Below, in pieces: positions 1 to 12,325 of a stretch of 31,585 nucleotides of DNA. Each line of letters begins with the position of its first letter. Position 1 is the first letter of the stretch. The notes under the pieces were generated by a model. That model ran no database searches and had not been told where the DNA came from. It saw nothing but the letters and a program-made list of their open reading frames with translations. Source of the DNA: Utricularia gibba (taxonomy: Eukaryota; Plantae; Magnoliophyta); NCBI GenBank assembly GCA_002189035.1, contig NEEC01000157.1:1-31585 (forward strand). The letters run 5' to 3'. A program made the position numbers and the translations under genes.

Positions 1-54
1 AGGGACCAGTCGCCGGTCAGAGGGATGGTTGATTCCTATCAACTGCTTTCTCTT

Positions 55-919
55 TCATGATTTAATGTAATAAGACATTTTCCGTAATGATGTATCTCTA
101 TTTGTCTCGTATTCCATGAAGTTAGCCGTAGGTAGAAGAAGGTCGGATGAAAAATCATGACAGGGGAGATGGAAACGGACGTCAAGTTTCCAGCTTTGCT
201 TAACCTTCGTGGAGTCGTGGCGGCCATTTGGGAACCTTCTGTGAGAAAGATGAATACCAGGATGTTATTTCTGAAACAACATTTATACATGATTGAGTTT
301 TTTAGGCCGTGAAGATTGCTGCTAAGAGGGCTGTAAATGGAGTCGGAATCGCCACTGATTTCTTCTTCAACCCTTGCCCGAACTGGCTTACCAGATTAAT
401 CACCATCGGAGTTTCCCAAAATAGGACCTTTTGCGCTGCTGATGCCGAATGCCATTACTGCTCCTTTGTGATGTCCTGCAACTGCGACCACCCACGTTCC
501 CATTTCTTCTGGGTTGTTTTCTGTGTCCATAGATTTGTGATCCCTGTTTCCATTAGAAGATTCGCCATTGCTGTGACTCTGAGGGGTTTCCATTGGTATG
601 TGAGTAGGCTGTTGCACCAGCACGTTTTTCTGCTCAGTTTCAGGCACCACATTGTTGCTGCTCGTTAGGCTTCCTGCTGGTAGATTGCGTTTTTTGGGGG
701 TGGAGTAGATGAATATTGGGTTGGACGGCGGCGGCAGAGAGCATGTAGGAAGATGAAGTGGTGAACGGTGATATGGATGGAGTTCCGGGCGTCAGCGGCG
801 GAGGTTAAATCGGAGACCTTGTAGGTGACCACGCCTTGTACTACTCCTAGGATACGGCGTTGCAATCACGGAGGGGCAGGCGCAACACTCTGTCAAAGCG
901 GCACAGTTACCGAGGACAT
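55..919 (-). pseudogene. Disrupted Pro/Ser-rich protein gene (At2g46630-like, 'serine/arginine repetitive matrix'-type plant unknown protein)
   Basis: Minus-strand pieces in different frames give PPPLTPGTPSISPFTTSSSYML, EEMGTWVVAVAGHHKGAVM and PFTAL-SSNLHGLKNSIMY...PGIHL. These match the recalled family motifs 'MSTRVITIAGENKGAVM' and 'PMKAFVNSNVQMINNSIVYN...DPGVHL'. Position next to the AAA-ATPase fits recalled synteny. Several frameshifts and an in-frame TAA (805-807); both ends are uncertain. Confidence 0.55.
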
Positions 920-1106
920 CCGCGGAGGAGCACATTCACCATTCGGCGGCGGCGCCTTATCAACCCACACTGCGGCGGCGCTGAATAAACGATTTTACAA
1001 GACTGAAATCACCCCCAACCCTACGTCCCAACGGCGACGCATGTCCCATTACGTGTCCCGATCCGCACTCGGCTCCACCGGACACATCTGAAACGACCCG
1101 GAGGCG

Positions 1107-1126
1107 CACGTGATTGGATACACGTG
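1107..1126. promoter_or_regulatory. Pair of G-boxes (CACGTG x2)
   Basis: CACGTG at 1107-1112 and 1121-1126, upstream of the minus-strand gene and in the region divergent from the AAA-ATPase. Function not demonstrated. Confidence 0.35.
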
Positions 1127-2270
1127 CCCACTACAAACCGCGACCAAATAAATCATAATAAAATAATCATTTTTCAAATATATCTTATTTTTAAAAACTA
1201 TTTCATGGGACGTAATCTATGTAATAAAAGTGGGGCGTCAATTGTAATAAAATAATTATTTCGCTTCCGATACGGTGCCGACTCCTGCGACTCATTTAAA
1301 GCCACGCCCTGACACGTATACCCTACGAACAAATGCACTCCTCTCAAATAAGCTCCGCCCCTGCCCCCTCATCATCGTCCAATCATCCTTTCACACAACT
1401 CCTCCGTCACCATCCATTTTTTTTCGGTGTCAATTAAAATAAAAAAAAATTTTTTAGATTTTCTTATTTAAAAAATAAAATCATTTATAATTAATTAGAT
1501 TTAATCTTTTTAATATCATTCACATTTATTATGTATTTGAATTTCACCACAAATAATCCCGTTCGTTCGATAGAATCTTTAATTATAGGAAAAGCATATT
1601 CTATATCATGTTTTTCAATTATATTATGAACTCAAAGCTTCATTAAGTGAATTTCTTCAAACCTATGGATCATGATAAATGAAATAAATAAACGTAAAAT
1701 CGTGAAGAATTGGATAATAGGGTACCTAGGGACATTGAATTGCCACGTTATTGGTGAGTGGATGCGTGAGGCGGACTCCGGGTCGCTGTTGGATGAACCG
1801 GAACCCATTCATTGCCAAAAGGAGCTCGTCATGCCCATGAGTTGGAAGGAGACTGGATTTCCACTTTCCGATTCCTTCGCTTCTCCGACGGCCACCGGGA
1901 TTCCTTTTTGGATTCTAATTTTATTTGTTATTATAAATTTAAATATTTTTTTTTACGTGTAAGTGGGAGCTATTTTTTTAAAATAAAATAGTTATATTTC
2001 ATGTTTAATATAATTTAATAATCAAAACATCAGGCGAAGTCATCATAATCAAGACGAGGGACCGGAAAAGAGCCGCTCCGGTTGGAAGCTAAACGGGGAT
2101 ATTCTGTTTAAGATGTGGGATATTAAAAAAAGAAAAAGAAAAGAATGAAATGAAGAAGCTATAGTAGTAGTCTTCTTCCCTGGTTCTCTGTTCGAGCGCT
2201 AAACCCCGTCTCTGCTTCCTCTGCCACATCCTCACGGAGGAACGGAGAGAGAGAGGGGTTGGGATTTCTG

Positions 2271-3688
2271 ATGTGGGATTTCAGAGTTTTTTTGATATGC
2301 TGCGTATCGGTACCGGGATTCGCGTACCTGTTTTGGCTCTTCCTCCACCGCACTGCCCTCATCTACGTCCTCAAGAAAGGGTGCGAACGCCTCCTTGATT
2401 TCGTGCACGTTCACCAACGCTTCAGAGTCCCGGAGTTCGAGGACGAGGACGATCGCCGTGAGAATCACCTGTACAGAATCGTTTCCCTCTACCTCAACGC
2501 CCTCCATTCTCTGGAGGACTCCGACTACGCGAACCTGAAATCTGGGAAGAAGTCAAATGAGATTCTTATATCGCCGGAGGGCAATCAGGCCATCGACGAC
2601 GTTTTCCTCGGAGCTCGCGTTTCGTGGGTGAATCAGATCGTCAGGGACGACAGAAACTGCGTCGTTTCAAGGAGCTTTGTTCTCAGGATCAGGAAGAAGG
2701 ATAGACGGAGGATTTTGCAGGCGTATCTCCAGCATATACATTCGGTTTCAGGGGATATCGAGCAGAGGGGAAGCAGCTGAAGATTTACAATAACCTTGAT
2801 GGGAAATGGAGACCAGCGCCGTTCAATCATCCGCGAGTTTCGATTCGCTTGTTATTGATCCTGAGGTGAAGGCCAAAATCAAGAACGACCTTGAGACGTT
2901 TGTGAAATCAGAGCAGAGTTACCAAAATCAGGGCGCGTTTGGAAGCGGAGTTACCTTCTATGTGGCCCTCCTGGTACCGGAAAATCTAGCTTCGTCGCCG
3001 CGACGGCGAAGCAGCTCAATTACGACCTGTATAATCTCAATTTGTGGCAAGTATCCGATGACGCTGATCTCTACGCGCTTCTGTTGCGAACCAGAAGCAA
3101 ATCGGTGGTCGTCGTCGAGGATTTAGATCTGTATCTCAAGGGTCAACCACGGATTTCGTTCTCCGGACTACTGAATTTCATGGATGGTATACTGAATTTA
3201 CAGGATGAGAAGATCACGATCTTCACGATGAACTCGAAGGACGGAATCGATTCGGCGTTGCTCCGGCCGGGGAGAATCGATGTCCATATATGCTTTCCGC
3301 TCTGCGATTTCAATTCCTTCAAAAATCTGGCTAGCAATTATCTAGGCGTAAAGGAGCACAAATTGTTCCCCCAGGTCGAGGAGATCTTTCTGAGCGGCGC
3401 CACCATAAGCGCTGCGGAGGTCAGCGAATTGATGCTGGTTAATCGGAACTCACCCCGAGCACTCAGATCTGTGATCCTAGCTTTACAATCGAACAGCAGG
3501 AATTCCGGAAAATCTATCTCGAGGATCAGCAGCACCCACGTTCGTCGACGGCGGCCGAGATCACCGGCGGTAAAGATCCTACTCCACCGAAAGATCAGTT
3601 CCGTAAGCTGTACGATCGTCTAGGTTTGAAAAGTTGCTCAAAAATTGAACCGTCGGATATAGTCGAGCCAGAGACGATCGTACGGTGA
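2271..3688 (+). CDS. Intronless BCS1-like AAA+ ATPase (At2g46620-like); four apparent -1 frameshifts
   Basis: N-terminal TM segment, VPEF...ENHLY...KKSNEI, Walker A GPPGTGKS, Walker B VVVVEDLD, SRH LLRPGRIDVH, C-terminal FRKLY. The frame is restored by adding one base at ~2767 (G run), ~2832 (CCG[G]CG), ~2925 (A run) and ~3510 (A run). First ATG is at 2271 (the ORF track starts at a TTG). Confidence 0.9.
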
Positions 3689-3959
3689 AAAAGATGTTCA
3701 ATGGTTGCTATACTTGTTTAGCAGTTGGTACTTCAAAGCTGTGTTCATTTATTCACACTTTTTTATTTTTACCTTATTATTATTATTTTTTAATAGGCCT
3801 GTGTAGTGTGTACATTGATATTTGTTATTTATTTTTAGAATTAAAATGTTATAATTCATTGGGCCTTGTATTGGGTTTGGCATTTTTAACCCAACGCCTC
3901 AACATGGGCTCACAGAAGCGGTTAATGGGCCCATAAGTAGTTAGTTACCAAGGAGTCCA

Positions 3960-4500
3960 AGAATCGGTTCGTTCCTTGGGAGAATCGGCTTTATGCCCTG
4001 GCTCAGGCGACGGGTGTGATTCTTTTCAAGAGGCTGTTCAAGATGCCCGTTGAAAGTTTCCGTATTGTTCCTGATTATTCAAATGCAATATTACTGTTGT
4101 CGCGAACTTGTGGTGGAAGGGTGCACTGAAGGTGTTTGATGAAATTCCTGAAGGTTATGATATAGTAGAGATTCAGCATAGAAGGTGAATGGTGAGATAT
4201 TTACCAGGAGCTGATTCGGTTGTTCAGGGTTAAGGAAGAAATATGGAGGAAGGTGATTGTCTGTTGTCAACTGAAGTGATCTACGAATCATGATTATCAG
4301 GTTTCTGCAGACTGTATTTTTCTCAATGTGAGATCTTCTGCTCCAGATAAAGCTGTTACTGATCATGGGTGTGAGGGAAATGCTGAATTTGGATTGAAAT
4401 TTTATGACTTTAAATTGATTCTGGTTTGAGGTTTCAGACTCTTTGGTTAGCCTAAGAAGATTTATTAGGCCATGGGCGCCGACGCCTGGGGTTTGCATCA
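3960..4500 (+). pseudogene. Possible degenerate PPR gene remnant
   Basis: ALKVFDEIPE at ~4123-4152 resembles a PLS-PPR motif, and VIYES*LSGFCR resembles a P-type motif. Many stops and shifts. Site-II-like TGGGCY motifs lie just upstream (~3859-3931). Confidence 0.3.
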
Positions 4501-4560
4501 ATCCTGAAATGGTGGAACATTTGGATGATCATGTCTTAGTTACTACACACCGTACATGAA

Positions 4561-4931
4561 TTAAACTTTATATTGCTCGTCCAGCTCCTCCCGAATGGCC
4601 TTCTCAAGCCAAGTTACAGCATCCTCCATCATCTCTGGGCTCAACCTGATCATGAGGACGCAGAACTCCATCTCGTTGAGCACACCATCGCCATCGAGAT
4701 CCCCTTCTTCGACCATCGCCACAGCATCCTCATGGGTCATCCCCTGCAGACCCAGATGCTGGCAGTTCTCTGCAGACTAGCGGATGTGATGAGCCTAAGC
4801 CCTGTCCTCGGATCCGCCAGCATCCGGAACCCAGCGCAGAGCTCCTCCATGAAGGCTTCCACGTCCAGCTTCTCCGCCATCACCGGAAGTAAGTCCTCGT
4901 ACACTTCTTCCATTCCTTCCATTTGTTCCAT
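4561..4931 (-). CDS. KIC: KIC/PBP1-family single EF-hand calcium-binding protein; one apparent -1 frameshift at ~4754
   Basis: YEDLLPVMAEKLDVEAFMEELCAGFRMLADP...LITSASL, then after a 1-nt correction LGLQGMTHEDAVAMVEEGDLDGDGVLNEMEFCVLMIRLSPEMMEDAVTWLEKAI; EF loop DLDGDGVLNEME; intronless. Confidence 0.92.
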
Positions 4932-5021
4932 GTGAAAACGCTGACAGAATAGCAGTGATGGCAATACAACTAGTTCGTTGTGTTCCTGCTCCTTGCTCTT
5001 GTGGGGGATGGGGTAGTATTC

Positions 5022-5029
5022 TATTTATA
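5022..5029 (-). promoter_or_regulatory. Candidate TATA box of KIC
   Basis: Reverse complement reads TATAAATA, ~90 nt upstream of the KIC ATG. Confidence 0.4.
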
Positions 5030-6515
5030 CGTGGGAGACATGCGTCGCCATGGATTTCAACGGAGCTAGTTTAAATGGCGAAATTACATCAGTATGAATG
5101 AAGAAGGTGAACGGAACCTTCCTCGCATGCCTTAGATACGGCAACGTGGTGATTGATGCTGTGCAGGGGAAGGAAGCCAACTCACCCACCCTCCAACACA
5201 TGGTTGATGATGGTGGCGAGGTTGCTAAGAACCTTCCTGGAACCTTCCTATGAATAGTACTTACCCCGTGTGATGATATTTTGGTATTTTATGGCGTTAA
5301 AAAATGAAAATATTAGTAGCTTTCATGACTTGTACGATACGGTCGCGGTAAATAGATCAGAAGCAACTCGGAAATTGTATTCTCAATCTTTATTGGTCAA
5401 GTTACATGTGGTCCATTTTTATAGAAGTCGCCTAAAACTATAGGGCATGCATCTAGTGGTCTTCAGTATTTTAAAAACTGGTTAAATTTATTTTTAATTT
5501 AATTATGAAATTGACTTTATTTTTTAATAATTGATCATATTCAATAATTTTTTAAATATATCAATTATTATTTAAATGAATAAATTCACTACTCGTACCT
5601 AGTTACAAGTTTAGACTGAATTAAAGGACGATATTTCATATTAGTTTTAATTGACTTTATATAATATTATCTATTTAAAACATATATAATTCATAAGTTT
5701 ACATTATCCTCTTTTAGGAAAAATGTTTTGTATAAGATTAAATATTATTTTATTTAAACACATCTCTCTTATCCGTCCATAAAGAATATGAAATATCCTC
5801 ACTAGATCCATGTGTTTAAGTTTACTAGCTAATCATATCTTACGATTTCTATTGTAGCATACATAGAGTAGTCTATTTCCACAATTTTGAGTAAGTCAAA
5901 ATTGTTTTTAAAAGTGGATCTAACTTATGTTTTATGAGTTTTGGTTTTATTAATTTTAAAGAAAAATCCAAATGGATTCAATAATCAGAAATATTAAAAA
6001 TATGTTTAGATTCAATTAATAAAAAAATTTTTGTTATTTTTTCTTATGATACATATGTTAAAATAAATTTTAATTGGATAAAATTGATAAAAGTAAAATT
6101 TTATTTTTTATTATAATTAAATTTGAAAATTTTAAATTTATTCTAATTGATTCTGGAGTCCAACTATAATTTTAAAACGTCAGTTCAACTTATTTATAAG
6201 ATTATCACACGTTGAATATTTTAATAAAAAACAAAACGGGGCCCCATCAAACAATGGGTCAGCAGGATGGTTAATATTTAACATATAATAAAAAATAAAA
6301 AGCCTGGAGGGAGAAGAAGAGGGGGAGCCGAAGCGTCGCCCTCGTTTGCGAGTGTTTGATTCCAGTTCTGCAGTTGTTGAGCTAATCCATTTCTTTGGAT
6401 CCAAGAAAAGTATTGGGGTGTTTCCTGGGGGTTGTTTCCAGTTGAAGCATTTGTCGGTCGTTGCATTTTCGCCGTTTTTCAACTGAGATTTGTGAATCTC
6501 TTCAGCGGAAAAGGT

Positions 6516-7469
6516 ATGGGTCTTCTCTCCAACGAATTGGGGAGAAATGAGATCAAGCCTGGAGATCATATCTACACTTACAGGGCGGTAATTGCCTACT
6601 CACATCACGGTTAGCGATGTTTTTCAGATTTTCTTTTTTTTTTCTTCTTCGCGATCTGGGCTTTTCTGAATTTTCATCCCTGTGTAGGAATGTAAGGATG
6701 CGGGTATCTCTCTTTAGGTTAAATGTAGTGCCCATCTCTTATTTCTGTCTAGTTTTCCTGTGTTTGTCCTCAATTAGGGCTGATCCGTTTGCAAGTTGCC
6801 TTCTTTGTTGATCTGCTTGGAGATCTATCCAGTAAAATCTTGTTCCACTCACATTGTGCAGGCATCTATGTCGGTGGTGGCAAAGTTGTTCATTTCACCC
6901 GAATCGACACTTTTAACACCACCGGTGATCAACCTTCAGAATGCCCATATTTTCCAGACTGTGGATTCAAGCATCAAAACAGCAGCGTTCTCATTTCCTG
7001 TCTAGACTGCTTCCTCCATGAAGGATCTCTTTATCGCTTCGAATACGGAGTTGCCCCACCAGTTTTCATTGCAAAACTTCGCGGAGGAACATGCACCATG
7101 GCCCCATCAGATGATGGCGAAACAGTTGTTCATCGAGCCATGTATTTGCTTCGAAATGGATTCGGCAAGTACCATATTTTCCAAAACAACTGCGAAGACT
7201 TCGCACTATACTGCAAAACCGGACTGCTGATATCTGAACGTGCTGGCATTGGCACAAGTGGGCAAGCTTCAACCTTGATCGGTGCACCTCTAGCAGCCAT
7301 GCTTTCTTCTCCTTTGAAAAGGCTGATGCCAAGTCCGATTGCGGTGGCCACCGTTTCTACAGGGATGTATTGTCTGAGCCGATATGCAACGGATATCGGC
7401 GTCAGGAGCGACGTAGTGCAGGTAGATGTGGAAGATCTGGCTTCCTGGGAGATTGAGAATCGAAGCTGA
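6516..7469 (+). CDS. LRAT/NC-domain protein (PSE1/LEAD-SENSITIVE 1-like), 2 exons (6516-6609, 6862-7469)
   Basis: MGLLSN...[17 protein letters not shown]|[12 protein letters not shown]...[14 protein letters not shown]-box His, second His and NC Cys are all present; GT-AG intron in phase; ORF intact. Confidence 0.93.
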
Positions 7470-8122
7470 GATTCCATGCTTCTGCTCATTTGTTAGTCAT
7501 TGATCTGAAAGTGTCCTAAACAGATGGATGGATTTCCTTGATGTGAAGGTAGGTGTAGAAGATGAAGTGTTCTCTAAGTCTATTAGAAATATAGTTATTC
7601 CTTCTTACTGATCATCCTTAACTAAAAAATTTGTCTGAAAATATGAAATAGAATGAGAGTATCATCACATTTGTAAATAATTTTTAATGTTGTCGAGTAT
7701 ATACAGGTTTTGAAAGTAGATAGGTGTTCATGTTATATATATATATATACATATTTTACTTAGGTGTATGTGAAAGAATGTGATAATATATATATTTATA
7801 AATGGCCTGTTTGAGGAGTAGTAGTCGGTTTAAAAAATTAAAAAATTAATCATTAAATTATTTTGAATCATAAATTGCAAAATTTAAAACAAATTAAAAT
7901 TGAATTTACAAATGATTGACAATTTTTTTTTAATATTGAAAATCACGAGCACAAGTCGTCGAGACTTATCCAACTCAATGTCGAAACGCTGTCGTTTTCC
8001 ACAGCGACCTTGCACTCTCCCACACTCCGCCACTATGATTAATTTTGATTAATACCAATTTATTTTATAACGTGTACTATTTTACCGCCCTTAGGTTTTA
8101 TTACTAACGAGGGTGATGATGA

Positions 8123-8141
8123 CACGTGGTCCACGCACGTG
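8123..8141. promoter_or_regulatory. G-box/ABRE pair upstream of the TM-protein gene
   Basis: GACACGTGG (CACGTG at 8123-8128) and CACGTG at 8136-8141, ~500 nt upstream of ATG 8648. Confidence 0.4.
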
Positions 8142-8647
8142 ACTTGGAATGGAGACGCATGAGTGCAACCGCAGGTGAAAGCAGTGGCCTTCGGTTCGGG
8201 ATCAGCGGGGATCCGGGATCTCGGGGGATCAAAGATTAGGACTTTGAGAAGGGGAAACTGCTAATACGAAGGTTATTCAGAGTTCGTTGGTGATGGGCTG
8301 CTGTGCTCACATGGGTGTTCGATTTTCGCCTCCCTTTTTGTGGATAAGTATTGGTGGTTGCTGATATGGGTTTTGGGGGTTTGGGATGGGGAGGGGAATC
8401 GGTTTGCTTCAGAATCTGCTCTCTTTTTTATTGGAAACTGGAATCTGGAATCTGCTTTCACCTAGGTTGTAGATTGGGATTATTGTTCTCTTTGTTTGCT
8501 TTTCGTACGTGAAATATGTATTTGTTTGCTTGAGATAACTGTTCTTTGATGTTATTGGAATTTCGCGTGGATGTGTTTTTGTCGGCTGCATCTGAGAAGT
8601 TTGTGCTTCTAAATCTAGATGGTATTTGCAGAGAGAAATGAGGAGAA

Positions 8648-10120
8648 ATGGCACTAGCAGAAGCTAGAGCTGCTTGGCAGAGAGCCGCGAGTAGGTGCTT
8701 TGTTCAAGAAGATGCAAAGAGAGCTCCAAAATTAGCATGCTGCTCGTCGCTTGCTCCTTTCCAAGAACCTGAGTTGAGGCCTGCAGATGCAGCCAGTGGC
8801 CAAGAAATTCCTCCTGGTGATTTTTCGCGGTTGGATCCGGAACCTGTGTACTGTAATTTATCAACTAGGTCGCAGTGGTGGATGCATCTGCAGCAAGGTT
8901 ATGGACACCAGAGCAGATTAATGGATGAGAAACTTACTGTGATGAGTGACTGTGATGAAACTTCCGATTTAACAGAAGCTTCACAAGACTTTTTAGTCAA
9001 TGAAACTGACTTTGTGATTGTTGATCAGACTTCTGCCGAATCTGTCCTTAGTTCCCAGTTTTTAGTTAAAGAAGAAAAATTCAATTCATTTGACACCTGT
9101 GGTACCAGCATTGATGGGAAGAAAGCTCATGATGGAGTTAAAGCTGTCGAGAGTACTCTTGGTAATTACTTTGATCCAGAATCTTGTGAAAAGAGTGGTC
9201 CATGGTGGCAGAGTGCAGGTGCTGAAGAACTGGCGTTTTTAGTTGCACAAAGATCTCGTGGCATGATTGAGAACTGTGACCTCCCATCACCTCTGACTGC
9301 TTGTGGAAAGACTTCTCGAAGTTCTGAAACAATCTCTTCTTGCCGTCATAGAACTTTCACTCTGTCAAGACATCAAGATCTGGTTCAGTCTCCCAGCCAC
9401 TTGCGTTTTAGTGATCCTTTGACGGCTGATGTAGCTGGCCATAGTGCCTACCCAGCACGGAGATCACCATCAGAAAGTGCATATTGGTAAAATGATCTGG
9501 TTATCTTCGAGCTTGTAATCTATGTTGTTTATCTTCTAATTAATTCATCATGCTTTTAATGCATTATATTACAAAATCATGCACCTTTAGCTTTTTTAAA
9601 AATTGTGTTGTGCTTAGTTTCCTTATTTCTCCATCATTCTTCTGTTTATAGCTCTGCCCTTGGAGACGTTGGGAGGATGGATGGAGATACCTCACAGATA
9701 CTGGATGCTCTGCATCATTCTCAAACACGTGCCAGAGAGTCAGATAACATTGCAAAACAAGCTTGTGAGGAGAAAGAGCACATTATCAAGCTTGTGCTGA
9801 GACAAGCATCTCATCTCTTTGCCTATAAGCAGTGGCTCCGACTTTTGCAGCTGGAGAACAATACATATTTGCTGGCTCTACGCAGTAAGGGTCAGCAAGC
9901 ATTTCCAGGATCTCCATTACTTCCACCTTGGAAACCAATGAGGAGGAGGTCAAGGATCAATACGAGCCGGAGAAAGCCAGACGATAGATCTGGCAGATGT
10001 TGTGGCATTGGCAAGTATGCTGTGGTTTTCGTGGTGGGGTTGGGTCTGGTTGGTGTTGGCTTGATGCTTGGATGGGGCATGGCATGGATGCTCCTCCCTG
10101 GTGATCGATCAAGTTTGTGA
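8648..10120 (+). CDS. Conserved plant unknown protein with C-terminal TM helix (At1g01240/At2g46550-like), 2 exons (8648-9486, 9652-10120)
   Basis: N-terminal AEARAAWQRAASRCFVQEDAKRAPKLACC, internal PWWQSA..EELAFLVAQRS..IENCDLP, LDALHHSQTRARE, RQASHLFAYKQWLRLLQLE and a hydrophobic C-terminus. The GT-AG intron joins TG+C in frame. Confidence 0.88.
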
Positions 10121-10788
10121 TAGTGCACGTCCAACATGCTATGCTGTGCCTGTACCATGTAGTAGTGTATATGTGATGAATGCCATTTGTGTTCCTATCA
10201 AGTGTGCCTGTACAGAAGTTGGAAATTGAAAGCTTAAGCGAAGCTGGATAGTTCATGAATCATTGACATAATTTCTTGATTATATGGACAGGGGAACTGT
10301 TAGTGTAGGATGTTTATGCATGTTGATACATGAAAGAAGGCTTTTTCTCCTGTTTTTTTTTTTTTCTTCATCTCCCAGGTAAAGACTTTAGCAGAGCAGC
10401 CGTACCAGGGAGACAGATGGATGGACCTGTCCGAGCATCGGGCCATAACAATATACTTTGGATATTCAACTATATATAACGGTTTCGTCTACAATTTGAT
10501 TATCTTTCCTTGTAAATATCTTACAGATACGCATGATTTGCTTCAAGGAAAAAACTACAATGATTCCATGGACAAGAAGACTATGGAGTAGGTCCCATGG
10601 CACGGCATTCTGTTACAGTTTCTTTCCACGTTTTCCACCTGCTGTTTCTGTCCTGTGTAAAAACGGTTACATCACTTGTTGAAAAGGGAAAAACAGAAAG
10701 TTTTGATTCGTATTTGAAGTTAAGCTTTCCGCTTCTTTAAAATGATGCTAAGCTTGCAGTGAAAAAGGGGGCATTTCCCATCAAGTCA

Positions 10789-12067
10789 ATGGACCCAAGG
10801 AAGGTGAAAAAGCTGAAGAGCATGCTTAAGGAAACTTCTGCTGCTGCTGCTGCTTCTGCTCTTGAAATGGAGGCATTTAACGTAGGGAATGCAAGTTTTC
10901 ATGAGTCAAATCAGATGAGCACAGGCTTTGATGCTGAAAACCATTATCTTTTTCTTCAACACCACAGTATTGCAGCCGCTCCACCTGATTTGCTGCCTCC
11001 CACTTGTTCAATCCCCTTTTCAAACTCACCTCTAAATTATTCCAGTTTCCTGGGACACTTCAGCCCACCTGAATCTCATACCGACGATCCGGGTAACGTC
11101 GGCTATGACTCTTTGCTGTCTTTGAATCAACCATCTTCGCTGAGGGAGCCGTTTCCTTGTGGAGGAGAACCAAAGGTTGAATCTTTGTTTGGTTTTCTGG
11201 ACGGCAGTGTTGGTGCTGGAGCATTGTATCCTAGTCAAAATTTTGAGTTCTTCGAGTTCACTGCTGGAGAAACAGGTAGCCCCTGTCACATGAAAGATGG
11301 GAAAGTGACCAAATGTTCAAGCAATGAAAAGCAGAGAAGAGTCTCCATGAATGACAAGTTCAAGGATTTGAGTAAACTGATACCAAATCCCACTAAGGTA
11401 ATACTAATAGCCAAGGCTGTGTATCTGGAATCAACTCAAAAGTTGGCACAAAACAAGGCTATATGTAACTAATGATTTCTTCTTCTTCGTCGTCTTCTTT
11501 TTTTCTTTTACTTGGATTCAAGAATGATCAAGCCACCATTCTGGCGGACGCTATTGACTACATAAATGAGCTACAGAGGACAGTAGCTGAGCTCAAACTC
11601 CTTGCTGAGAAGAAGAGAAGTGCTAAAGAGAAGAGAATCAAGAGTCCCAAGATTGAAACTGATGATGTTCGCCAAGAGGATGGACGTGCCATGAGAACCT
11701 CATGGCTTCAGAGGAAATCTAAGAACACTGAGATTGATGTTCGAATCATAGATGATGAAGTTACTGTGAAGCTTGTGCAACAGAGGGCAATCAACAGCCT
11801 TGTATATGTTTCAAAGGTTCTTGATGAGCTTCACCTTGATCTTCATCATGTTGCTGGAGGCGTCATAGGTGATTATTACAGCTTTTTGTTCAACTCAAAG
11901 GTAAAACTAGTGTTCACGTTTTCAGAAAAGATAGACATCATAATGAAACAATTTTCTTCGCTGTTTTGTAGATCTGTGAAGGTTCTATTGTGTATGCAAC
12001 TGCACTGGCAAACAAGCTGATTGAAGCTGTGGATCTGCAATATGCAGCAGCAACATCAAGCTTATGA
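10789..12067 (+). CDS. bHLH transcription factor, bHLH010/089/091-EAT1 subfamily, copy 1 (exons 10789-11397, 11523-11900, 11972-12067)
   Basis: EKQRRVSMNDKFKDLSKLIPNPTK|NDQATILADAIDYINEL...RTSWLQRKSKNTEIDVRIIDDEVTVK...LDLHHVAGGVIGDYYSFLFNSK|ICEGSIVYATALANKLIEAVD: bHLH plus ACT-like/BIF C-terminal domain. The start could alternatively be 10867. Confidence 0.9.
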
Positions 12068-12325
12068 TGGTGCTGCTATCTTGTAGTAGAATGAATAGTT
12101 CAATCATCAAATCATAATATTCCAGTTTTTCACCAAACTCCAACCAAAACTAAACTGACTTTCTTTGATCTGCTAATCTCAAAACTACTTCATTCCTTCC
12201 CTTTTCTCCCTTACAAACATACAAGTGTAAATACAAAGAACAGGCTCTCAAAAATGTGATCTTGCAGTTACAGCTTTTTTGCTTAGTACGTGAAAACTTT
12301 AAAAGGGGGCACTGTACCCTTTTTC

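Noticed and set aside
1672-1962. 96-aa plus-strand ORF upstream of the AAA-ATPase
   Set aside because: No recognisable motif; its ends run through AT-rich DNA; most likely a chance ORF in promoter sequence.
4091-4935. ORFs 4091-4501 (-), 4573-4935 (+) and 4595-4780 (+)
   Set aside because: Antisense shadows of KIC and of the PPR-like remnant; no independent coding signal.
5111-5250. Three GAACCTTCCT copies upstream of KIC
   Set aside because: Short, irregularly spaced, no array structure or known identity; not a CRISPR-like or satellite repeat.
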